Shown: positions 57,503-64,000 of the stretch, piece after piece
Layout: every line of letters starts with the position of its first letter
Numbering within the stretch: position 1 is the first letter of the stretch
Origin: Candidatus Nanoarchaeia archaeon
Lineage (GTDB): Archaea; Nanobdellota; Nanobdellia; Woesearchaeales; UBA525
DNA length: 64,000 bases
Assembly: GCA_028279755.1 (NCBI GenBank)
Contig: JANQNB010000018.1
Span: forward strand, 134,611 to 198,610
Direction: 5' to 3'
Notes under the pieces: model-generated
The model's input: the letters and a program-made list of their open reading frames with translations, nothing else
Databases searched by the model: none
What the model was told of the DNA's origin: nothing
Translations under genes and position numbers: made by a program

Positions 57503-58258
57503 ATGGGAAAAGACAAGAAGGACAAGAAAAAGAAAGAGAAGCCGAAACGGCAGATCGTGAAGAAAGCGGCGAAGCCGAAAGCCAAGAAGAAATGGTTCAG
57601 CATCGTCGCACCGAAGAGCTTCAATAACCACGTGCTCGGCGAGAGCCTGGTGGAGAACGCGGACAAGCTCGTGGGCAAGAGCATTACAGTGAATCTGATG
57701 CACCTCACGAACGACATGCGCAACCAGGGCATCGAGATCCGGTTCAAGGTCGTGAAGACCGACGAGGGCAAGGGCCTGACGTCTGTGACTGGCTACGAGG
57801 TCCTGCCAGGCCAGATGAAGCGCGTCGTGCGACGCGGGCGTTCGAAAGTCATGGACAGTTTCATTGTCCGGTGCGGCGACGTGCTCGTGCGGATCAAGCC
57901 GATCGTGTTCACCGCGAACCGCGCATCAGCAGGAGCGCAGACCACGATCAGGCTCGCAGTGCGTGAGAAGATCAAGCACCTGCTCAAAGGAACGACCTTC
58001 GACCAGCTTGTGCAGGAACTGATCCAGCACAAGCTCCAGCGAACCCTGAAGGACGTCGGGCTGAAGACGCACCCGATCAAGAGCGTCGAAGTCAAGAGCT
58101 GCGCCATTCTCAGGCAGAAGCCGAAAGAAGCGGCTGAAGAGCCTCAGGAGCCAGAACCTGCAGTTGAGAAAGCAGAGGAACCTGCGCCGGCTGAAAAACA
58201 GGAAGAAGCTGAACCTGCGAAGAAAGAAGCGGCAGAACCAGCTCCTGAAGAAAAGTAA
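57503..58258 (+). CDS. rps3ae: Ribosomal protein S3Ae (eS1) with a Lys/Glu/Pro/Ala-rich C-terminal tail.
   Basis: MGKDKKDKKKKEKPKRQIVKKAAKPKAKKKWFSIVAPKSFNN...GKSITVNLMHLTND is the canonical S3Ae N-terminus. Confidence 0.88.
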   Translation: MGKDKKDKKKKEKPKRQIVKKAAKPKAKKKWFSIVAPKSFNNHVLGESLVENADKLVGKSITVNLMHLTNDMRNQGIEIRFKVVKTDEGKGLTSVTGYEVLPGQMKRVVRRGRSKVMDSFIVRCGDVLVRIKPIVFTANRASAGAQTTIRLAVREKIKHLLKGTTFDQLVQELIQHKLQRTLKDVGLKTHPIKSVEVKSCAILRQKPKEAAEEPQEPEPAVEKAEEPAPAEKQEEAEPAKKEAAEPAPEEK

Positions 58259-58306
58259 GGAAAACCTTTTTATTCTCTCCTTCCGACCATGGTGAGAGGT
58301 GAGGAC

Positions 58307-59590
58307 ATGGGCTTTGTGCTAGACTGGCAGAAAAAACTCGGCTACAAGAAAGACCCCTTCATGCCAGAGCCTGACAAGAAGATTTCTACGTACTTTGTCG
58401 ATCGCGAGCAAGAGCGCGAGAAGCTCAACCTCTTCGTGATCAAGCAGCACCGCTTCGGCATTGTGCACGGCCCGAAAGGCGTTGGCAAAAGCACGCTTGT
58501 CGGCTGGCTGCAGGAACAGCTCGGGGTGCGCGTCCGCCGTGTCAGCTTCGCAGGCAAGGTCGTGACCAAGCCAAAAGACTTCTTCGAGCAATTCCTCCAT
58601 GAAAGCCTGAACGTGGTCGAGAAGAAAGTGACCAGGCCGCAGGAGAAACTCAAGAAGGACGAGATGGAGCCCTTTCTGCTCCAGAAGCTCAGGAAGAAAC
58701 GAGTGCTGGTCATCGTCGACGACGCGCAACTGCTCGTCAAGCAGAACAAGGATCTGCTCAAGCATTTGCTCGAGGCCTGCCCGCAGAGCCAGGTCTTGCT
58801 GGTGCTGGAACGCGTGCTGAAAGAGCACGAGCACTATGGAGCCGATCAGCTCAAGCTCGCGCTCGAAGACATGTCAGAAGCAGGGCTGGAAGCGATGCTC
58901 AAGCGGCGCATCGAGCTTGCCGGCGGCGTCGGCACCTATCCCTTCGATAAGAAGGAAATCCAGGGGCTCATCACGAAAGCGAAGAGCAATCCTGTCAAGC
59001 TGCTCGAGCTGGCACGGGAGCGCGCGATCGAGCTCAGCCTGAAAGCTGGGCCGCCGCCGAAACCAAAGCCAAAACCAAAACGGAAGCCTGTGAAGAAAGC
59101 GCCAACTCCAAAAGCATCAAAAGAAGCAGGCCCTGTACCTGAAACTGCGGAGGCAGAAGCCATCGAAGTCCATGAGGAATTGCAGGAGGAACAGCAGCGA
59201 GTCCCAGAAGCGAAGGACAAGCCGAAGAAATGGTTCTCGATCAAGTTTGTCAAGGACGATGAGGAAGAGAAAAAGGGCATCACGCTCCGGAAGGCGGACG
59301 AGCGAAGCCCGACTGAGATCCACAAAGAGCATAAGCAGAAAATGCTGAAGGCGGCACGACCGAAAGAACCGGAGAAAAAGCAGAAGGACGAGCACCACTA
59401 CCTCGACGAGGAACTGCTCTCGCCCAGCAATGAGGCGGACGCAGAGATGCTCAGCGAGATCGTCGAAGCGGCAGGCGAGGAGATAGAAGTCGAGCAGGAA
59501 GTCAAGAAGGAGAAGAAACAGCCTGAAGACGGCGTGGAAGTCGAGGACGTGATACAATCACTGGTCAAGGAAATGGATAAGAAAGGGTGA
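58307..59590 (+). CDS. P-loop AAA-type ATPase with a long low-complexity K/E/P-rich C-terminal region.
   Basis: FGIVHGPKGVGKSTLVGWL is the Walker A and RVLVIVDDAQLL is the Walker B. The tail contains PKPKPKPKRKP and is KE-rich. Confidence 0.6.
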   Translation: MGFVLDWQKKLGYKKDPFMPEPDKKISTYFVDREQEREKLNLFVIKQHRFGIVHGPKGVGKSTLVGWLQEQLGVRVRRVSFAGKVVTKPKDFFEQFLHESLNVVEKKVTRPQEKLKKDEMEPFLLQKLRKKRVLVIVDDAQLLVKQNKDLLKHLLEACPQSQVLLVLERVLKEHEHYGADQLKLALEDMSEAGLEAMLKRRIELAGGVGTYPFDKKEIQGLITKAKSNPVKLLELARERAIELSLKAGPPPKPKPKPKRKPVKKAPTPKASKEAGPVPETAEAEAIEVHEELQEEQQRVPEAKDKPKKWFSIKFVKDDEEEKKGITLRKADERSPTEIHKEHKQKMLKAARPKEPEKKQKDEHHYLDEELLSPSNEADAEMLSEIVEAAGEEIEVEQEVKKEKKQPEDGVEVEDVIQSLVKEMDKKG

Positions 59591-59594
59591 TCGC

Positions 59595-60386
59595 ATGGGA
59601 GAAATCATCATAACATACCGATCGTTGGAACGCGTGGCATACTGGATCGCCATTGTCGTACTGCTCGTGCTCCTGATCATGAGCTATGTCGGCGACAAGA
59701 ATTGCGACGACGCCGAAGAGATTACCGCTGAGACTGATGACGACGTCGAAGCTGGCAGCGACGCAGGCGAAGACGACGAGACGCCGCCGGTCGTAGAAGA
59801 TGACCCTCCAGAACCTGATGAGACCTGCACCGACGGAATCGAGAACCAGGACGAGACTGACGTCGACTGCGGCGGCAGCACCTGCGACCCCTGCGCTGAA
59901 GGCAAGGACTGCTCCTTGAATCGCGACTGCGAAGAAGGCGAGTGCAAGAGCGGCGAGTGCGATGCAACGCCAGACCTGAGCGGCGACGTCACTGTCGAGA
60001 TCGTGGGCACGCCGCAATACACTGCGAACGAGGACACGAACGTTGCCAAGCTCACAGAGCTCAAGGTGAAGATCGAGAACGGTGAGGACAGCATGTTCAG
60101 AGGCACCCTTGAGATGTGGGTGAAATCGCCGAACGAGCTGTATTACCTCAACCAGCCGATGGGTGACGAAGGCGAAGGGTCCAACCCCTATGCTGAGATG
60201 AGCATCTCATCCATCGCGAGCGGCGCCAGCCTGAGCAAGACCTACACTGACGACAACTTCGACCAGGGCTACCTGTTCAGTCTCACCGGCGACTACGTCG
60301 GCGGCGATGACTTCTGGATCGAGGTCGTGTTATACGACAACGACCATTCCCTGGTGGACGTGGCCAAGAAGAAAGTGACGGTCTAA
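59595..60386 (+). CDS. Membrane-anchored secreted protein with an acidic linker and a Cys-rich module.
   Basis: It has an N-terminal TM segment IAIVVLLVLLIM, an Asp/Glu-rich stretch, and CTDGIENQDETDVDCGGSTCDPCAEGKDCSLNRDCEEGECKSGECD. Confidence 0.5.
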   Translation: MGEIIITYRSLERVAYWIAIVVLLVLLIMSYVGDKNCDDAEEITAETDDDVEAGSDAGEDDETPPVVEDDPPEPDETCTDGIENQDETDVDCGGSTCDPCAEGKDCSLNRDCEEGECKSGECDATPDLSGDVTVEIVGTPQYTANEDTNVAKLTELKVKIENGEDSMFRGTLEMWVKSPNELYYLNQPMGDEGEGSNPYAEMSISSIASGASLSKTYTDDNFDQGYLFSLTGDYVGGDDFWIEVVLYDNDHSLVDVAKKKVTV

Positions 60387-60434
60387 GCAAAACATTTTTA
60401 AATCCCTTTCCCTATTTTTCTTATTGCGACAAAG

Positions 60435-60935
60435 GTGGTAGACATCCAGCGAACCGTACTATACGGACTACTATTCCTGCTCATAGCAGGCAGTGCGACT
60501 GCCGCGGGCGTGTGGATCAGCGCGAGCCCGCCAGAAGCGCGTCTGAACGACATAGCGTATTACCATTACCAGGCTGGCGAATACGAGGCTGCAGAAACCA
60601 GCTATCTCGAAGCCCTGACAGAGAATCCTGACTATGAGACTGCCCGGTACAATCTCGCGATATTGTATTTCAGGCAAGGATTGTATGAACAGGCTATTCC
60701 GCAGTTTGAGCGCTTGCTGGAACAAAACGGGAACAATCCGAGCTATCACTTCGATTACGCAGTGACGATCGTCGAGCAGATGCGCGAAACAGGCTATTGG
60801 GACCGTGAGGTGCTGGAACGCGCCATCTACCATTACGAAACCGCGGAGCGCTTGCAACCAGGCTTTCCCCACGCTGCGGAGAACGCCGTCTTTCTCCAGA
60901 AACCCTTGGCTGATCTTGAAAGCATAGGTATATAA
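60435..60935 (+). CDS. Secreted TPR-repeat protein, first member of a tandem paralog pair.
   Basis: It has a signal peptide followed by YEAAETSYLEALTENPDYETARYNLAILYFRQGLYEQA. The C-terminus ends PGFPHAAENAVFL. Confidence 0.6.
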   Translation: MVDIQRTVLYGLLFLLIAGSATAAGVWISASPPEARLNDIAYYHYQAGEYEAAETSYLEALTENPDYETARYNLAILYFRQGLYEQAIPQFERLLEQNGNNPSYHFDYAVTIVEQMRETGYWDREVLERAIYHYETAERLQPGFPHAAENAVFLQKPLADLESIGI

Positions 60936-60969
60936 ATCTGGATTCGTCCCTTTTCATGGGGGTGAGTCA

Positions 60970-61452
60970 ATGAAACGACTCTTACTGACAGTCATCGTTC
61001 TCTTGGTCCTAATCGGCAGTGTCAGCGCATATACAGTGCTTGTTCAGGAAGACCTGACACCAGTTGAATTGAACAATATCGCGTACTACGCCTACCATGA
61101 TGGCGATTACGCAGCTGCGGAAGCGGCGTATCTTGCTGCACTGGCTTTGGATCCGTCATATGAGAAAGCGCGCTACAACCTCGCGCTGCTCTTGTTCGAA
61201 CTCGAACGATACGAAGAGGCGCATCCCCATTTTGCGCAGACGCTCGCACTCGCGCCAGGGAATGCAGGCTATCACTTCGACTATGCTGCTAATTATGTCG
61301 CCTGGTTCCGCCAGCTTGATCGGGCAAGCGCAGCAGACTTTGACCATGCGATTGCTGAGTATGATCTTGTGGAGCAATTATCACCCGGCTTTCCGCATGC
61401 AGCTGAGAACGCTGCAGTCTTGCGCGCGATCAAGGCAGAATTCTTCGGATAA
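60970..61452 (+). CDS. Secreted TPR-repeat protein, second member of the tandem paralog pair.
   Basis: YAAAEAAYLAALALDPSYEKARYNLALLLFELERYEEA ... PGFPHAAENAAVL is paralogous to 60435..60935. Confidence 0.6.
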   Translation: MKRLLLTVIVLLVLIGSVSAYTVLVQEDLTPVELNNIAYYAYHDGDYAAAEAAYLAALALDPSYEKARYNLALLLFELERYEEAHPHFAQTLALAPGNAGYHFDYAANYVAWFRQLDRASAADFDHAIAEYDLVEQLSPGFPHAAENAAVLRAIKAEFFG

Positions 61453-61484
61453 AACTTATTAATCGCTTCTTTATCCTTACCCAC

Positions 61485-61742
61485 ATGCCAGATTATGATT
61501 TGTCGGTCGACGAGATCGTCGCCACGATCAGGAAAGAGAAGGCAAAACGAGTCCTGATACAACTACCTGATGGACTGAAGCCAGAAGCTGCTGCGTTGCA
61601 GAAAGCTGTGCTGTCTGCATTGCCTGACACTGAACTCTTTTTCTGGGGAGGCAGCGCATATGGTGCGTGCGACGTACCACTGGATGTTGACAAACTCGGT
61701 TTCGATTTGTTACTGCACCTGGGTCATGCGCAGTGGCGCTGA
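61485..61742 (+). pseudogene. dph2: Truncated diphthamide biosynthesis gene dph2: only the N-terminal ~85 codons are present.
   Basis: MPDYDLSVDEIVATIRKEKAKRVLIQLPDGLKPEAAALQ...FFWGGSAYGACDVPLDVDKLGFDLLLHLGHAQWR* aligns with the first ~85 residues of archaeal Dph2 (..AKRVLIQ.PEGL.....YGACD......GCDALIHLGHS..). It is then terminated and followed directly by the promoter of the K/R-repeat gene. No downstream continuation exists in any frame. Confidence 0.6.
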
Positions 61743-61843
61743 AACATCTGTTTTCTCGGGAAATACGTCGTAAAAAAGTAAACTTTAAATAAGGTTATTG
61801 CCGGGATACGAACTTAGGTAATGATTTATTTGAGGTGAACACC

Positions 61844-62485
61844 ATGGTGGCACGAAAGCGTAAGGTCGTCCGTAAGACGAAGCGCAAACCTGCCAAACGC
61901 AAGACAAAGAAGCGTGTTGTCAAGCGGAAGGTAGCCAAGCGCAAGACCGTCAAGCGGAAGACTCGCAAGAAGGCTGCGAAGAAACCGGTGAAGCGCAAGC
62001 GACGAGTCGTGAAGAAAAAGGCAGTGAAGAAGAAACCTGTCAAGCGACGGAAGCGACGAGTCGTGAAGAAGAAGGCTGCGAAGAAACCGGCGAAGCGCAG
62101 GAAGCGACGCGTTGTTAAGAAGAAAGCGGCGAAGAAGAAGCCGGTTCGACGGAAGCGACGAGTCGTGAAGAAGAAGACTGCGAAGAAGCGAACGGTGAAG
62201 CGCCGAAAGGTCGCGAAGAAGAAACCGGTCAAGCGCAGGAAGCGACGCGTTGTTAAGAAGAAAGCGGCGAAGAAGAAGCCGGTTCGACGGAAGCGACGAG
62301 TCGTGAAGAAGAAGACTGCGAAGAAACCGGCGAAGCGCAGGAAGCGACGCGTTGTCAAGAAAAAGGCGACGAAAAAGCGGACGGTGAAGCGGAAGGCGAA
62401 GCGAAAGGTTGCCAAGAAGAAACCTGTGCGACGCAAGAAGCGAGTCGTGAAGAAAAAACCGGTGCGACGCAGACGACGCAGATAA
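61844..62485 (+). CDS. Highly basic K/R-rich tandem-repeat protein, a possible DNA-binding or chromatin protein.
   Basis: 213 aa made of about 10 repeats of roughly KRRKRRVVKKKAAKKKPV, with a DNA period of about 60 nt. A TATA TTTAAATAAGG lies about 45 nt upstream and GAGGTGA lies 7 nt before the ATG at 61844. The mirror ORF on the minus strand (61795..62436) is rejected. Confidence 0.65.
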   Translation: MVARKRKVVRKTKRKPAKRKTKKRVVKRKVAKRKTVKRKTRKKAAKKPVKRKRRVVKKKAVKKKPVKRRKRRVVKKKAAKKPAKRRKRRVVKKKAAKKKPVRRKRRVVKKKTAKKRTVKRRKVAKKKPVKRRKRRVVKKKAAKKKPVRRKRRVVKKKTAKKPAKRRKRRVVKKKATKKRTVKRKAKRKVAKKKPVRRKKRVVKKKPVRRRRRR

Positions 62486-62490
62486 ACTTT

Positions 62491-64000
62491 TTACTTTTTA
62501 TCCTTACTTTTATGATTCCCATTCGCAGGCTCAGTATGCCTGCATTTCGGGAATCCTGAACAGCCCCAGAACGCGCCATACACGCTCTTGCGCAAGACGA
62601 GTTTCTTCTCGCATTTCGGACAGATCTTGCACGTGCCTTCCGCGTCAGCCTCTTGCTGCGCATCCTTCTCTTCCTTGAGCTTCTGCGGGCATTCGTTATT
62701 GATGCACACGAGCTGCTTCCGTCTCCCGGAACCGATCATGATCATCGGCGCCTGGCAGTGCTCGCACTGCTTGTCTGTCGGCTGGATCATGCCCTTCTGC
62801 GGCAGCGGGTATGTCTGGTCACAATCAGGATACCGGTCGCAGCCGCAGAACCGTTTTCTTGTCTTCTTGGAGAACGTGACTTTGATCGTGCCCTGCTTGC
62901 ATTTGATGCACGGCCCGAGCGTGTTCATCATGTCCTGCTCTTCGCGATAGGCCGCTATGAGTTCCTCGCCGACCTCCTTCTCGTTCTTCTTGAACTTTGC
63001 GAGCAGCTTGTCCAATTCCTTCTTGGCAGTATTGAGGATCTGTTCGCCGTTCTTTTTCTGCGCCTGGATCTCTTCCATCTCTTCCTCGAACTGCCGTGTC
63101 AGCGCCTCGTCGATGATCTCTGGGCTGTGTTTCTCGAGAATCTTGACCATCTCCATGCCGAGCTCAGTGCCTTCGATGTTTGCGTCGCCCTTGACATAGT
63201 TGCGCTTGAACAAGGCCTCGACAACGTCGGCGCGTGTCGCTTTCGTACCGAGGTTGCGCTTCTCGAGCTCGTTGATGATGGACGATTGCGTGTACCGCTT
63301 CGGTGGCTGCGTCTCTTTCTCGTGCAGGTCGAGCTTTGTGATCGGGAGAGATTCGTTCTCCTGGAGTTTCGGCAATTCCTCTTCCTTGAGGTTCACGTAC
63401 GGCGCGTAGTAGAGGTGCCAGCCTGGCGCTGTTGTCCTGGTGCCTTTCGCGACGAACGGTTCGGTGTTTGCATCCAGGTGTGCGGTCACTGTTTCCCTTG
63501 TCGCTGGCTCTGCGAACGTTGCCAGGAAACGCTTGACAATGAGATCGTAGATCTTCAGGTCCCAATCCTTGCCTTTGACTGGTTGTCCTGTGGGGTGGAT
63601 GGCTGGATGCGCCGGATCCGATTTCTTGCCCTCGTTGGGTTTGAGCGTCTTCAGTTTCAGGATGTCGCCAGCGAGGCTTGCGTAGTCCTTGTTCTTTGAG
63701 AGTGCGGTGAGTATCTTCTTGTAGCCCAGCTTTGCCGGCAGTTTCTGGCTGCTGGTGCGCGGATAGCTGATGCTGCCGTCAGTATAGAGCTTCTGCGCGA
63801 CTTCAAGCGTCTGTTTCGGCTTGATCTTGAAGCAGCGATACGCTTCTGTTTGTAGCGAACCGAGATCGAACGGGTGCGGTGGCTGTTGCTTGAAAGATTT
63901 CGCATCGACCTTTTTGACTGTGGCGTCTTTCGCTTCCTTTGCCTTGCCAAACGCGGTCTTGGCTTCGTCTTCTTTCCAGAACTTGTCTGTTGCGTGCCAG
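62491..64000 (-). CDS. topA: DNA topoisomerase I (type IA), C-terminal ~500 aa including zinc-ribbon repeats. The N-terminus runs off the window end.
   Basis: The minus frame is open from 64000. It contains the ...TDGSISYPRTSSQKLP.. topoisomerase core, then multiple CxxC...CxxC zinc ribbons (CIKCKQG..CGCDRYPDC; CEHCQAPM..CINNEC; CKICPKCEKK..CSGFPKC). Confidence 0.8.
   Translation of the reverse strand, partial: WHATDKFWKEDEAKTAFGKAKEAKDATVKKVDAKSFKQQPPHPFDLGSLQTEAYRCFKIKPKQTLEVAQKLYTDGSISYPRTSSQKLPAKLGYKKILTALSKNKDYASLAGDILKLKTLKPNEGKKSDPAHPAIHPTGQPVKGKDWDLKIYDLIVKRFLATFAEPATRETVTAHLDANTEPFVAKGTRTTAPGWHLYYAPYVNLKEEELPKLQENESLPITKLDLHEKETQPPKRYTQSSIINELEKRNLGTKATRADVVEALFKRNYVKGDANIEGTELGMEMVKILEKHSPEIIDEALTRQFEEEMEEIQAQKKNGEQILNTAKKELDKLLAKFKKNEKEVGEELIAAYREEQDMMNTLGPCIKCKQGTIKVTFSKKTRKRFCGCDRYPDCDQTYPLPQKGMIQPTDKQCEHCQAPMIMIGSGRRKQLVCINNECPQKLKEEKDAQQEADAEGTCKICPKCEKKLVLRKSVYGAFWGCSGFPKCRHTEPANGNHKSKDKK

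Noticed and set aside
61795-62436. 213-aa minus-strand ORF (MRRTGFFLATFRF...).
   Set aside because: It is the mirror frame of the K/R-repeat gene. The plus strand has a TATA box, an RBS and an ATG, while the minus frame has no signals and a Phe/Thr-rich artefact composition.
1-64000. CRISPR arrays, rRNA genes and IS/transposase genes.
   Set aside because: No regularly spaced direct repeats with unique spacers were found. There are no rRNA-like stretches and no transposase or integrase ORFs in the window.

Overview
This 64-kb window looks like a gene-dense segment of an archaeal chromosome with about 58% GC. The archaeal assignment rests on the rpl37ae–rpoP–pcc1–prefoldin-beta operon, ribosomal protein S3Ae, an archaeal-type SRP54, a class-III (PibD/FlaK-type) signal-peptide pilin, tRNAs with introns at the canonical 37/38 site, and TATA/BRE-like promoters. 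It encodes housekeeping genes and five tRNA genes, several low-GC islets of hypothetical genes, and several unusual loci.

Housekeeping content includes an N-terminal fragment of PEP synthase, H+-pyrophosphatase, SRP54, SMC, RNase HII, glutamate dehydrogenase, methionine aminopeptidase and signal peptidase, plus a partial type-IA topoisomerase gene at the 3' edge. The five tRNAs are Glu(CUC), Leu(CAG), Gly(CCC), Gly(UCC) and Pro(UGG); three of them carry introns.

The most distinctive observation is a family of short structured elements next to the tRNA genes. Four tRNAs are followed by a 47–69-nt trailer that ends in an exact 11–14-nt copy of that tRNA's own 3' end; three of the four trailers share a GGTCCCGAA..GAGGAYAT loop (the Pro trailer is divergent). 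Three tRNAs are preceded by a promoter-proximal, tRNA-like leader that begins with a 12–17-nt copy of the tRNA's own 5' end; two of the leaders share a 31-nt identical core.

Other notable loci:
- A Fur/Zur-family regulator sits beside a CobW-type (COG0523) GTPase and an operon of four translationally coupled genes (CooC-like ATPase, PLP decarboxylase, CysK–rhodanese fusion, membrane protein). Both transcription units are preceded by a Fur-box-like palindrome.
- Two tandem Hcp-family (type VI secretion tube-like) proteins carry N-terminal signal peptides.
- A strongly K/R-rich repeat protein gene appears to have truncated dph2.
- A low-GC island holds three coupled hypothetical genes, divergent from a tandem-Lrp regulator.
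- Two paralogous proteins carry only the PEP-utilizing swivel domain and sit in a sugar-nucleotide, kinase and glycosidase neighbourhood.
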